Source: Gemmatimonadales bacterium
GTDB lineage: Bacteria; Gemmatimonadota; Gemmatimonadetes; Gemmatimonadales; Gemmatimonadaceae
Reading direction: 5' to 3'
Assembly: GCA_038237245.1 (NCBI GenBank)
Contig: JBBRYY010000004.1
Location: 1,193 to 65,192, forward strand
DNA: 64,000 bases
Made by a program: the position numbers and the translations under genes. Positions within the stretch are counted from its first letter, which is position 1. Every line of letters starts with the position of its first letter. Shown here one piece after another: positions 45,896 through 55,644 of this stretch. The notes beneath the pieces were generated by a model, which ran no database searches, was not told where the DNA came from, and saw only the letters and a list, made by a program, of their open reading frames with translations.

Positions 45896-46615
45896 CTAGA
45901 TCCGTCCCTCGCGAACCATCATCGCGAGGATCTCCGTGCCGAAGCCCTCGAGCTCACTCTCGAGACGGTTGAGACGCGCCGCACTGATGTTGTAGCCGAA
46001 AACCGCCGGGATCGCGACCGCGAGCGCTGCCGCCGTTGCCGTCAGCGCCTCGGCCACACCCGGCGCGACCGCGCTCAGATTGCCCGATCCACTCACCGCG
46101 ATGCCGATGAAGGCGTGGATGACGCCGAGCACGGTGCCGAACAGGCCGACCAGCGGGCTCACGGACCCGATCGTCGCGAGCCAGGGGATGTACGTCGAGA
46201 GCTGATCGCGCTGCGCCGAGCTCTCGGATTCGAGCACGAGGCGGAGCGCCTCGACCTGCGATCCACGCAGCGGCGCCGCCGACGCATCGCGCAACGCGCC
46301 GGGCTTGAGCTCGGCGAAAAAGTTCACGGCGCGGGTGAAGACGCGCGTGAAGGGATTCGCCTTCGCGCGGCGCGTAAGCCCTGCTGCCGCTTCGAGTGAC
46401 GACGTGCGCTCGAACTCGTAGATGAACTCCCGGCCGCGTTTCGTCACACGATGGAATTCGATCCATTTGGCGAGCATGATCGCCCAGCTGATGAGCGAGA
46501 GTACCAGTAGAAAAACGAGTACCACCCGCGTCACCGGCGAGGCGGAGCGAATGAGGTCGAATGCGGATGTCGGCACCGCGCCGCCCACCTGCAACATCGC
46601 GAGCCCGTGCATCAT
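45896..46615 (-). CDS. tolQ: MotA/TolQ/ExbB proton channel protein
   Basis: ATG at 46615. IGSVSPLVGLFGTVLGVIHAF and AVAPGVAEAL motifs. Confidence 0.88.
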   Translation of the reverse strand: MMHGLAMLQVGGAVPTSAFDLIRSASPVTRVVLVFLLVLSLISWAIMLAKWIEFHRVTKRGREFIYEFERTSSLEAAAGLTRRAKANPFTRVFTRAVNFFAELKPGALRDASAAPLRGSQVEALRLVLESESSAQRDQLSTYIPWLATIGSVSPLVGLFGTVLGVIHAFIGIAVSGSGNLSAVAPGVAEALTATAAALAVAIPAVFGYNISAARLNRLESELEGFGTEILAMMVREGRI

Positions 46616-47577
46616 GCCTTGTCTCCTGCGCGGCGAGCCGCGAACCATTGGTATGTGTCGCGAAGTCCATCGTGGAGCGACATCTTCGGCTTCCAGCCCA
46701 GTGCCTTCCCCGCCTTGTCGTTGCGAATGGCGGATCTCCGTTGCTCCCCCGCGCGCGCCGGCGCGTGCACGACCTCGGATCTTCCTGAGGACACCTCCTT
46801 GAGCACGCTCGCAAGCGTGACGACGTCGGTCTCGATCGCCGTGCCGATGTTGAAGGCGCGGGAGTCGACGCCAGTCGCGGGCGGAAGCTTCACGGTCGCC
46901 GCAGCGAGATTCGCGCGCGCGACATCGCCGACGAAGACGTAGTCGCGCGTCTGTCCGCCATCGCCGAAAACCGTCAACGGCAGTCCATCGATCAGCCGGT
47001 CGCAGAAGATCGCGACCACGCCGGCCTCGCCGTGCGGATCCTGACGCGGACCATACACGTTCGAGTAGCGCAGCGCGACGCAGTCGAGCCCGTGCACGCG
47101 CGCGAAGTACCCCATGTACAGCTCCACGCTGAACTTCGCGGTGCCGTACGGTGATTGCGGATCCTTCGACGCATCCTCGGCTGTCGGCGCCTCGACGAGA
47201 TCACCATACACCGCGCCGCCCGTGCTCGAGAAAACGAAGCGCGTGGCATGTCCCGACTGGCGCACCGCCTCGAGGAGATTGAGCGAGCCGCCGATGTTGA
47301 GGCTCGCGTCGGCCGCGGGATCGGTGACGCTCTTCCGCACATCGATCTGCGCGGCGAGGTGACAGATCACATCGAATTTCCCTTCGCGCACCGTCGCCGC
47401 AGCCTCTGGGGCGCAGACGTCGAGCTCCTTGAACGTCGCACCCGTAGGAACCTGTTCGCGCTTGCCACTCGACAGATTATCGATCACGGTGACCGCGTAG
47501 CCGTTGGCGAGCAGCAGATCCGTGACGTGTGAGCCGATGAACCCTGCGCCGCCCGTCACCAACGCGCGCTGCGTCAT
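46612..47577 (-). CDS. NAD-dependent epimerase/dehydratase (GalE-like)
   Basis: VTGGAGFIGSH and YGTAK (YxxxK), extended SDR. Confidence 0.85.
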   Translation of the reverse strand: MTQRALVTGGAGFIGSHVTDLLLANGYAVTVIDNLSSGKREQVPTGATFKELDVCAPEAAATVREGKFDVICHLAAQIDVRKSVTDPAADASLNIGGSLNLLEAVRQSGHATRFVFSSTGGAVYGDLVEAPTAEDASKDPQSPYGTAKFSVELYMGYFARVHGLDCVALRYSNVYGPRQDPHGEAGVVAIFCDRLIDGLPLTVFGDGGQTRDYVFVGDVARANLAAATVKLPPATGVDSRAFNIGTAIETDVVTLASVLKEVSSGRSEVVHAPARAGEQRRSAIRNDKAGKALGWKPKMSLHDGLRDTYQWFAARRAGDKA

Positions 47578-48878
47578 TCGGCGCTCCCGCGCTTCTGGAG
47601 CTCGGACGCATCAGCATCACTCGCGGCGTCCGCGGCGCGCAGATCGAAGAGGTAGCGCAGCGCATCGACGACGCCGAGTCCACGGCCATTCGCCGCCGCT
47701 GCGCGAAGGCGCACACTCGGCTGGTGCAAAAACTTGTTCATTAAGGCCCTCGAAAAGTGTTCGACCGCCTCGCGATCGCGCGGCGAAAGATGCTCGAGCT
47801 TCCGCAGTGCGTCCGCGAGCTCCGCCTCGCGCATCCTGTCCATCTCCGTGCGAAAGGTTCGCAAGACCGGTACCGCCGCCAGTCCCGCGAGCCATTCCCA
47901 GTATTTCTCGACCTCGGGCGCGATCAACGACTCAGCTGCTGGAAGCTCATCACGCCGGCGCTCGATGTTCGCCGTCGCCACCGTGCGGAGGTCATCGATG
48001 TCGTAGAGAAAGACGTTGCCGAGATTGCCGACGGCCGGCTCGACGTCGCGTGGAACGGCGATGTCGAGGATGCAGAGCGGACGGTCACCGCGAGCCTTGA
48101 GCGAGCCCGCGATCTGTTCGACACCGACGATCGCGTGAGGCGCCGCGGTGGAGCAGATCAGCAGGTCGACATCCGCAAGATGCGACCAGCACTCGTCGTA
48201 GTGCAGCGCCTCCGCCTTGTAGCGCTTCGCCAGTTCCTCGGCGCGTTCGTGCGTGCGGTTCGCGACGATCGCCGTGCGTACGCCCTCGCTCACGAGACAC
48301 TCGAGCGCGAGCTCCGCCATCTCGCCCGCGCCGAGGACCATCGCGTGGCGACCGGTGAGCGAACCGAAGATCTTCGACGCGAGCTGCACCGCGGCTGAGC
48401 TGGTGGAGGCGGCGCCCCGTGCAATCGCCGTCTCGTTGCGCACTCGGCCTGCCACCATGAGCGCGGACTGAAAGAGCCGGCTGAGCACCGTTCCGGATGC
48501 CGCACGGCTGCGCTCCCACGCGTCGCGCACCTGGCCATGGATCTGCGCCTCGCCGAGGATCATGGAGTCCATGCCGGACGTCACGCGAAAGAGATGCGAG
48601 ACGGCGTCGCGATCGCGGCGCACGTAACCGAAGTGCGAGACATCCTCGCCACTGAGTGCGGAGAGGTCGGACCAGATCGCGGGGACCGCGTCGCCGTCGC
48701 CCTCTACCGCGAAGATCTCGGTGCGATTGCACGTCGACAAAAGCACGACTTCCTTCGCGCCGGCAGCCTCGAGGATGCGCTGTGCCGCGACGATCGTGTC
48801 GCCGGCGCCGACGACGAGCCGCTCGCGCAGTGCGAGCGGCGCCGTGTGGTGGCTCACCCCAGCGACGATCAGCGCCAC
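47574..48878 (-). CDS. hemA: Glutamyl-tRNA reductase
   Basis: GTG at 48878. VAGVSHHTAPLALRE, active-site STCNRTE and NADPH domain LGAGEMAE. Confidence 0.92.
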   Translation of the reverse strand: MALIVAGVSHHTAPLALRERLVVGAGDTIVAAQRILEAAGAKEVVLLSTCNRTEIFAVEGDGDAVPAIWSDLSALSGEDVSHFGYVRRDRDAVSHLFRVTSGMDSMILGEAQIHGQVRDAWERSRAASGTVLSRLFQSALMVAGRVRNETAIARGAASTSSAAVQLASKIFGSLTGRHAMVLGAGEMAELALECLVSEGVRTAIVANRTHERAEELAKRYKAEALHYDECWSHLADVDLLICSTAAPHAIVGVEQIAGSLKARGDRPLCILDIAVPRDVEPAVGNLGNVFLYDIDDLRTVATANIERRRDELPAAESLIAPEVEKYWEWLAGLAAVPVLRTFRTEMDRMREAELADALRKLEHLSPRDREAVEHFSRALMNKFLHQPSVRLRAAAANGRGLGVVDALRYLFDLRAADAASDADASELQKRGSAE

Positions 48879-49480
48879 CGGGCGGCCTCCGTCTCGAGCG
48901 ATCCATTCTCGACGCGCGTGCAGAAGTCGATGTCGATGAGCGCATCGGCGGCACGGTGCCACCCCTGTGCGTCGCCGGCGTCGAGAAGGCGGCGGCGGAG
49001 CGTCGCGAGCGCGGCGACGGCGCTGCCGTATCGATCATCGAGGCGTGCCGCCAGCGCATCGCGAATGCGCGCCGCGGCGTTCGGCACGCCACCCGCGGAG
49101 ATCCCGATCACGAGCTCCCCCGCGCGATGCGTCGCCGTCGTGCGGCAGTTTCCGCGCGCGGGATCATCGGCGACGTTGACGAGACGGTGGGCGGCATGGC
49201 CATCGTCGGCCACGCGGCGGTTCACAGCGCGATCGCTCGTCGCCGCGATGACGAGCTGCGCACTGCCGATATCATCTCCCGCGTAGGGGCGCTCCTCGAG
49301 ATGCAGCCGCTCGTGCGCGGCTGCGAGCGCGCGCACATCGGCGCCGATGTCCGTCGCCACGAGGCGCACGTGCGCGCCGGAGACGAGGAGCGCGCGCGCC
49401 TTGCGCGCGGCGACGGCGCCGCCGCCGACGATCAACGCCTCGATCGCGTCGCCGTGGAGCATCAGCGGCAGCTCGCTCAC
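48869..49480 (-). CDS. Precorrin-2 dehydrogenase / sirohydrochlorin ferrochelatase (SirC/CysG N-domain-like)
   Basis: GTG at 49480 (or ATG at 49462). Rossmann motif LIVGGGAVAARKARAL. The 203-aa length fits SirC. Confidence 0.75.
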   Translation of the reverse strand: MSELPLMLHGDAIEALIVGGGAVAARKARALLVSGAHVRLVATDIGADVRALAAAHERLHLEERPYAGDDIGSAQLVIAATSDRAVNRRVADDGHAAHRLVNVADDPARGNCRTTATHRAGELVIGISAGGVPNAAARIRDALAARLDDRYGSAVAALATLRRRLLDAGDAQGWHRAADALIDIDFCTRVENGSLETEAARWR

Positions 49481-50283
49481 AGGAACTCCCCGGAGCGCGG
49501 GCCGATGGAGCGGAAGACGACGTAGAGCATGATCACCGCGACGAAGAAGGTGCTCGACCAGATCGCCGCACGGGCCGCCTGCCACCCCGCAACGACGCGT
49601 CCGACTGTGAGCGCAGTGATCGCGGCCCATGCGGTAACGCCCCAGATGACCTTGAGCTGATCGGCATCGCGATACACAAGCGAATAGCCGACGGCGAGCG
49701 CCGTGCCGAGCGTCAGCGCGATCCAGCCGCAGACGATCGCGAGATGGTTCACACGGTCGAGCGTCTCGAGCGGCGGGAAGAAGCGGAAGATCGCGCCGAA
49801 GCGCCGCGACTTGAGCTCGCGGCGCTCGAGCAGATACATCAGCCCCGATGCGGCCGCCGCCGCGAAGGCCGCAAAGCCGAGGAGGCTGAGCGCGATGTGC
49901 AGATGGAGCCAGAGGCCGCCGGCAACCTTCGCCGTCGGACCGGGTGAGAGCGGCGACGTGAGCGCGCCGATCGTGACGAGCGCCGCGAGCGGCGCGGTGA
50001 CGAGGGTGAGGCTCACCTCGTGCGCGAGCGACTCGACCGCGAGCAGCGTCACCGCGACGACGAATGCCGCGCTCGAGAGCGCCGGCCCGAGTCCCGTCAG
50101 TGGCGGCGCGCCGAACTGCCACGCGTACGCAAGCAGCGCCACCAGATGGAAAGCGACGCCGACGCCGAGCAGCGAAATGACGCCGCGCACCGGCGCCGCA
50201 ATGGGACGGGCGAACGGCGCCGCCGCGAGACCGGCGGCCGCTAGGTAACACATGATGGCGATGGCGTGTGCGATAACGAGCAT
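49477..50283 (-). CDS. Cytochrome c assembly family membrane protein (CcsA/HemX-like)
   Basis: 8 predicted TM segments and adjacency to hemA, as for Bacillus hemX. Confidence 0.8.
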   Translation of the reverse strand: MLVIAHAIAIMCYLAAAGLAAAPFARPIAAPVRGVISLLGVGVAFHLVALLAYAWQFGAPPLTGLGPALSSAAFVVAVTLLAVESLAHEVSLTLVTAPLAALVTIGALTSPLSPGPTAKVAGGLWLHLHIALSLLGFAAFAAAAASGLMYLLERRELKSRRFGAIFRFFPPLETLDRVNHLAIVCGWIALTLGTALAVGYSLVYRDADQLKVIWGVTAWAAITALTVGRVVAGWQAARAAIWSSTFFVAVIMLYVVFRSIGPRSGEFL

Positions 50284-50406
50284 GCAGCCGCAAATCTAAG
50301 CGAGAAACAGGGGCGTCGTGAGGGATGGCTATAGATGCGAAACGGGACCGCGCATCTCGCGCAGCCCCGCCCGAACGTGCACCACGGCGCCAGGACGCAC
50401 CGCTGA

Positions 50407-51594
50407 TCAGGGCATGCGCGCCGTGAGGCGTGCCTTCGTGCCGAGCTTCACTGACGGGTTCTGCTGATCGACGAGGATCAGAGTCGTCCCGCGATCGGTG
50501 ACCTTCACCACCTGGCCGAGCGCGACGCGCTCTTCGGGCACCATGGCAGTCTCGTCACCACGCCCCTTCACGAGGAGGCGGCGGCGCGGCTCGAACAGTG
50601 TGTACTGATCGCCGATCTTCGCGCCATCCTTGGCCGTGACGTCGATCACGACGTAGCTCTGGACCGTCGGCAGCACGGAGCTCGCGTGAACGAAGACCAC
50701 TTTCCCTTCCGTCCCGAGCATGAGCGGCGCAGGGCGCGCGTCATTGCCGAGCGTGAAGTGGTCGATCGGGATAATCCCCTGTCCCGCTTCGACGTTGCTG
50801 TACTGCGTGATGATCCGCACCGTCGACGCGTCGCCGTTCTCGGCGCGCTCGACTTCGACCACACCCGTGGGCTCGACCATCTGCGATCCATTCTCGAGCA
50901 CGGGGCCGAGCTGGAAGGCGAGATAGCGATCGCCGCGTGCGGGGACGATGTCCTTGGGAAGCGTGATGTAGGCGCGCTCTTCGTTCAGCATGCGCGTGCG
51001 CGGCGTCTGCGTCGCGATCCCGGAGATCTCGGCGCTGCCGACGATCGTCCCCTGATCACTCGGTCCATGCAGCCGGTCGAGCCAGGGTGCAGCAAAGGTC
51101 TCGCCGACGCGGACCGCCGGATGCGGGAACTGCGACGCCGACGCGCCGAAGCGCGAGACCGTCGCGACACGGCGTGACGCGGAGAGCGAGAAGACCGTGA
51201 CGCCCGACGGGCGGGGCGCTTCCGTGAGCGAACCGGAGGGCATCGGCGACATGCGGTCATCGACGACCGTAGTGACGTCGGTCGACGTGCTGGCTACCGA
51301 GTTGCCGGGGAGTTTCAGTACCTCGTTCGGATAGATCCAGTGCGGATCCTCGACGACGTCCGTGTTGATGCGATAGATCTCGGGCCACAGGAACGGATCG
51401 TTGAGATATTGGTGAGCGATATCCCAGAGCGTGTCGCCCTTCTTCACCGTGTGCGTCTGCCCGGTGGTCGTCGTGGTTTCCGTAGTGCTCTGCGTCGTCT
51501 GCGTCGAGTCCTGCGCCGCGAGGGGCGCTGAGGCGACCATTGATCCGAGAAGCGCCGCGAGCAAACCGCCACGACGGAACGGTACGTTGCGCAT
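50407..51594 (-). CDS. LysM-domain secreted protein
   Basis: Signal peptide, Thr-rich linker and LysM (HTVKKGDTLWDIAHQYL..YPNEVLKLP). Confidence 0.78.
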   Translation of the reverse strand: MRNVPFRRGGLLAALLGSMVASAPLAAQDSTQTTQSTTETTTTTGQTHTVKKGDTLWDIAHQYLNDPFLWPEIYRINTDVVEDPHWIYPNEVLKLPGNSVASTSTDVTTVVDDRMSPMPSGSLTEAPRPSGVTVFSLSASRRVATVSRFGASASQFPHPAVRVGETFAAPWLDRLHGPSDQGTIVGSAEISGIATQTPRTRMLNEERAYITLPKDIVPARGDRYLAFQLGPVLENGSQMVEPTGVVEVERAENGDASTVRIITQYSNVEAGQGIIPIDHFTLGNDARPAPLMLGTEGKVVFVHASSVLPTVQSYVVIDVTAKDGAKIGDQYTLFEPRRRLLVKGRGDETAMVPEERVALGQVVKVTDRGTTLILVDQQNPSVKLGTKARLTARMP

Positions 51595-51872
51595 GTGTAG
51601 ACTATCCTGTGTTCACAAGGGAAGAAACCCGCTCGCATGACCAGGCTGTGTCGCGCGACGATGGAGCATCGCGAGCGCCTGCGACCGAGCTGCCGGGCTA
51701 CCCCCAGACGACGCCCGAAAGCGCGCAGGGTAACCGAATACGGCGTGCGGGGTTGGCGCTGGATCGGCACTTCCGCGCTCCGGCAACGATGCGACGCGCC
51801 GGGACGGGCGGCGTCACCGAAAACACCCGCCCGGGATCGTGTGGGCGCCCGGGGGCGCGGGTTCGGTGAGTC

Positions 51873-54578
51873 TCAGTCCCCGCGCAACGTCACGCTCGGG
51901 TCGACGCGCGCGGCCCTCCGCGCGGGGACGAAGCAGGCGAGCGCCGCGACGCCGAGCAGAAGCGCCGGCACCGCGATGAACGTGGCGGCGTCGGTGGCGC
52001 TCACCTCGAAGAGCATCGCCGAGACCGCGCGCGTGAGGGCGATCGACGCGAGCAGCCCGATCCCGATGCCGATCGCAGCCACGCTTAGCCCCTCTCGCAG
52101 CACCAGACGGTAGATCTCCCCCGCGTGCGCGCCGAGGGCGAGGCGGATCCCGATCTCGCGCGCGCGCCGGCCGACGGTGTACGTCATGACCCCGTAGATC
52201 CCGATCGCCGCAAGCGCGAGCGCGAGCAGCGCGAAGATAGCGAGGAGGATCGTACGGAAGCGGTCGCCGGCGACCGATTCCTCGACCAGCTCGCGCAACG
52301 TGCGCACATTGGCGACGGCGAGCTCGGGATCGATCCCATGTACGGCGTCGCGCACCAGTCGGCCAACCTCGTCCGCACCCAGCCTCGTTCGCGCGACCAC
52401 CGCGAAGCTCGGTGTCGTGCCCATCGTTCCCTGCACGAACGGAAAGTAGATCGCCTCGGACGGCGCCTGCGATACGCCATCGTAGCGCACATTCCCGACG
52501 ACGCCGACGATCGTGTATGCGTTCCCCTCCCCCGTGCCGCCGACATTGAGCCGCTCGCCGAGCGGAGTGCCCACGGGGAAATATTTCTTCGCCAGCGCGT
52601 CGCTGATCAGCACCGTGCTCGGCGCATCCGCGTGGTCGCGCGCGTCGAACATGCGACCGGAGAGAAGCGGGATGCCGAGCGCGTCGAAGTAGTCGCCGTC
52701 GACCGCAAGCACATCTGCGAGCGGGGAGAACTCGCCGTCGGCGACGGGGTGGCTCGTGAGAAAGAAGTCCGAGGCGCTGCCGAAGATGTCCGGCGGAAGG
52801 CCGACACTCGTGCTCACGCGCTCCATCCCCGGACTCGTGCGCAGCTCGGCGAGGAGTCGATCGTGGAAGGCGCCGATCTGCTCCATAGTTGGATAGCGGA
52901 TCGCCGGCAGCGCGATCGACGCGGTGATTACGCCGTCGCTGCTCACGCCGGTGTCGACGGCGCGCAGCTTGGAGAGGCTGCGGATGAGCAGCCCAGCGCC
53001 CACGAGCAGGACGAGCGAGAGCGCAAACTCCGCGATGACGAGCGCGTTACGCAGCCTCCGGCGCGCGGGGGCGTCGGTGCCGCCGCGCACTGCGTCGCGC
53101 AGCATGCCGACTGCGCGCGACGACGCCCCGAGGATCGCCGGCGCGAGTGCGAAGAGGAGCACGCTGCCGAGCGTCGCAACGAGAGCGAGCGAGAGCACGC
53201 GCCAGTCGACGCCCGTTCTGAAGTCGCGAAGCACGAAGAGCGTGTCGGGCGCAACGGAGGCGAGCACGCGCACTCCCCACATCGCCAAGAGTACGCCAAT
53301 CGCGCCGCCGACCAGCGCGAGCAGCGCTCCCTCGACGAGCAGCTGACGCACCAGCGCGGCGCGGCTCGCGCCGAGTGCGGTGCGCACGGAGATCTCCTGC
53401 TCGCGGCTCGTCGCGCGTGCGAGCATGAGGTTCGTCACGTTCACGCACGCGATGAGGAGGACGACGACCACCGCGCCCATGAGCACCAGGAGCACGGGAC
53501 GCAGCGGTCCACTGAAGCGCTCGGCCATCGGCTGCGGCGCGAACGTCCACTTGTCCGGGCCGCCGGGGAAGCGCGTGCGCACCGCGTTCGCGATCTGGCC
53601 GAAGATCGCGTCGCGCTGCGCGGTGCCGACGGCAGGGCGCATGCGTGCGAGCACCGCAAGGCCGAAGGGCCCGCGCCGCGGCGGTATGCCGAAGCTGTCG
53701 CTGATCCAGAGCTCGGCGCGATCACCGCGCGGATACCAGACCGACGCGGGCATCACGCCGATGATGGTCGTGGGGCGCCCCTGGATGTTGATCGCCGTCC
53801 CGATGATCGCGGGATCGCCGCCGAGTCGCTGGCGCCAGAATGCAAAGGAGACGATCGCCGTGGGCGGCGCGCCCTGCGCGTCGTCGCCGTCCTGGAAGGC
53901 TCGACCGATGAGCGGGTGAATGCCGAGTGTCGTAAAGAAGCCCGAGCTGACGACGGTGCCGTAGATGCGCTCGGCTCGATCGGCGGCGACGTACGAGAAG
54001 CCGTCGTTCGGGATTCGGAAGGACGCTATCGAAGTGTAAGCGCGCGTATCGGCGCGGAGCGCGAGGAAATCGGCGACGGAGAGTGATTGCAGGTTGTTGG
54101 CGTTCGCGCCGTAGGTATTGAAGATCCGCACGAGCTGTTGCGGCTGCGCGAACGGGAGCGGGCGGAGGAGCACGGCGTCGAGGACGCTGAACATCGCTGT
54201 CGTCGCGCCGATGCCGAGAGCGAGGGTGATGATGGCGATGGTGGTGAAGCCGGGCGCGTTTCGGAGCGAGCGCGAGCCGTAGCGGATGTCGCGCCAGAGC
54301 GTGGAGACGAGCGATGCGCGAGACGGCGCACCGGGGGGTGGATGGATGCTCGCAACGTTACGGCGCTCGGCGTGCGAAAGGGAGTCGAGGAGCGGTGCGC
54401 GCTCGAGCTCCTCGCGGAGACGATGCAGCGCGTCGGCGTCGCTCGTGCCCCGTGCGCGAAGCTCCGCGTGGCGGTCGTGCAGATGCTGCGCGAGCTCCTC
54501 GGCGATTTCGTGCTCGCGCTCGGGCTTGAGCCCGAGCGGCGCGATGCGCGCGCGGATCTCGGCGGTCCACTCATGCAT
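51873..54578 (-). CDS. ADOP-type duplicated FtsX/MacB-like ABC transporter permease
   Basis: Start at MHEWTAEIRARIAPLGL (54578). Two MacB_PCD+FtsX halves, and the typical N-terminal helix shared with PadR-linked permeases. Confidence 0.85.
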   Translation of the reverse strand: MHEWTAEIRARIAPLGLKPEREHEIAEELAQHLHDRHAELRARGTSDADALHRLREELERAPLLDSLSHAERRNVASIHPPPGAPSRASLVSTLWRDIRYGSRSLRNAPGFTTIAIITLALGIGATTAMFSVLDAVLLRPLPFAQPQQLVRIFNTYGANANNLQSLSVADFLALRADTRAYTSIASFRIPNDGFSYVAADRAERIYGTVVSSGFFTTLGIHPLIGRAFQDGDDAQGAPPTAIVSFAFWRQRLGGDPAIIGTAINIQGRPTTIIGVMPASVWYPRGDRAELWISDSFGIPPRRGPFGLAVLARMRPAVGTAQRDAIFGQIANAVRTRFPGGPDKWTFAPQPMAERFSGPLRPVLLVLMGAVVVVLLIACVNVTNLMLARATSREQEISVRTALGASRAALVRQLLVEGALLALVGGAIGVLLAMWGVRVLASVAPDTLFVLRDFRTGVDWRVLSLALVATLGSVLLFALAPAILGASSRAVGMLRDAVRGGTDAPARRRLRNALVIAEFALSLVLLVGAGLLIRSLSKLRAVDTGVSSDGVITASIALPAIRYPTMEQIGAFHDRLLAELRTSPGMERVSTSVGLPPDIFGSASDFFLTSHPVADGEFSPLADVLAVDGDYFDALGIPLLSGRMFDARDHADAPSTVLISDALAKKYFPVGTPLGERLNVGGTGEGNAYTIVGVVGNVRYDGVSQAPSEAIYFPFVQGTMGTTPSFAVVARTRLGADEVGRLVRDAVHGIDPELAVANVRTLRELVEESVAGDRFRTILLAIFALLALALAAIGIYGVMTYTVGRRAREIGIRLALGAHAGEIYRLVLREGLSVAAIGIGIGLLASIALTRAVSAMLFEVSATDAATFIAVPALLLGVAALACFVPARRAARVDPSVTLRGD

Positions 54579-54903
54579 GGGAGGGTCCGACGACCTGGCC
54601 AATCGCGTGGACGAACTGGAGCCAGCTCTCGCGCTGCTCTCTCACCACTTCGTGTCCGGCGGCGGTGATGTTGTAGTAGCGCCGGCGGCGCTGGCCGGCC
54701 TTCTCGATCCACTTCCCCTTGATCCAGCCGCGCTCCTCCATGCGATAGAGCAGCGGATACAACGACGAGACCTGGAACTGGACGACGCCGCCGGAGCGCG
54801 ACTCGATCAGCTTGCCGAGCTCGTAGCCGTGGAGCGGCTCGTGGCGGAGGAGGGAGAGGACGAGGAAGTCGGCGCTGCCCTTCTTGAGATCGAGGGTGAT
54901 CAT
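54571..54903 (-). CDS. PadR-family transcriptional regulator
   Basis: LKKGSADFLVLSLLRHEPLHGYEL..LYPLLYRMEERGWI winged-helix pattern. Confidence 0.92.
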   Translation of the reverse strand: MITLDLKKGSADFLVLSLLRHEPLHGYELGKLIESRSGGVVQFQVSSLYPLLYRMEERGWIKGKWIEKAGQRRRRYYNITAAGHEVVREQRESWLQFVHAIGQVVGPSHA

Positions 54904-54908
54904 GTAGT

Positions 54909-54935
54909 CAATATATATGACTCCAATATATATGA
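54909..54935. promoter_or_regulatory. AT-rich direct repeat CAATATATATGA x2 (15-bp period) abutting the padR start
   Basis: Copies at 54909-54920 and 54924-54935. The nearest copy ends 5 nt from the padR ATG. Candidate PadR operator and/or -10 element of a leaderless transcript. Confidence 0.45.
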
Positions 54936-54957
54936 TGCAAGGGGTTTGATGCCTGCC

Positions 54958-54995
54958 GAGAAAAACGCCGCGAGATCGGTGTGACCTCGCGGCGT
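54958..54995 (-). terminator. Rho-independent terminator after ssb
   Basis: ACGCCGCGAG-N11-CTCGCGGCGT, a 10-bp stem followed on the minus strand by TTTTTCTC. Confidence 0.8.
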
Positions 54996-55020
54996 TCGTG
55001 GTGCGACCAGCGGGAGCGAC

Positions 55021-55530
55021 CTAGAACGGCAGGTCGTCGTCTTCGCTCTCGAGATTCCCGCGGAAGTCCTCGAAGTCGCCGCCTGCCGGCGCCGCGGTGC
55101 CCGCGCCAGCCCCGCGCGATCCGCTCGCAGCCGCACGCGGCCGCGAGCTGGATGAGTCGCCCTCGAAGCTGTCGCTGCCACCCGCCTTGCCGCTGAGCAT
55201 GATCAGCTCCCGCACGTTGATCTCGGTGGTGTAGCGCGTCTGGTTCTCTTTGTCCTGCCACTGCCGGTACTCGATGCGCCCCTCGACATAGACTTTGTCG
55301 CCCTTCTTCAGGTAGCGCTCGACGATGTCCGCCAGCGTGGATGCCTTGCTGTTCCAGACGACGCAGCGATGCCACTCCGTCTTCTCCTGCTTGTCCCCGC
55401 TCGGACCGCTCCAGCTGCGGCTGGTGGCCAGCGAGAACGTGGCGACGCGATTGCCGCCGGTGGTGGACCGGACCTCGGGATCGGCGCCTAGATTGCCGAT
55501 CAGGGTGACCTTGTTCAGGCTGCGACTCAT
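55021..55530 (-). CDS. ssb: Single-stranded DNA-binding protein
   Basis: ATG at 55530 (MSRSLNKVTLIGNLGADPE). OB fold, Gly-rich tail and acidic tip DDDLPF. Confidence 0.95.
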   Translation of the reverse strand: MSRSLNKVTLIGNLGADPEVRSTTGGNRVATFSLATSRSWSGPSGDKQEKTEWHRCVVWNSKASTLADIVERYLKKGDKVYVEGRIEYRQWQDKENQTRYTTEINVRELIMLSGKAGGSDSFEGDSSSSRPRAAASGSRGAGAGTAAPAGGDFEDFRGNLESEDDDLPF

Positions 55531-55644
55531 ATGGATCTCCTGGCAGTTGGCGAGTGACCTCGCCGGACAGAGTATAGAGCGAATGCGACCGGCGCGCCAA
55601 CCGTCCGGCGCGGCCATTCCCCTTCTATTGCGTACCCCCAGGAC

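Noticed and set aside
47574-50283. The hemA-sirC-CcsA-like cluster considered as a possible novel combination.
   Set aside because: A cytochrome c assembly-like membrane protein (HemX type) next to hemA, together with a siroheme-branch enzyme, is a known arrangement. This is ordinary tetrapyrrole biosynthesis context.
51637-52113. 158-aa plus-strand ORF covering the LysM leader and the 3' end of the permease gene.
   Set aside because: Its composition is Arg/Ala/Ser-rich, it is antisense to the permease C-terminus, and it has no motif. The region is treated as a non-coding leader instead.
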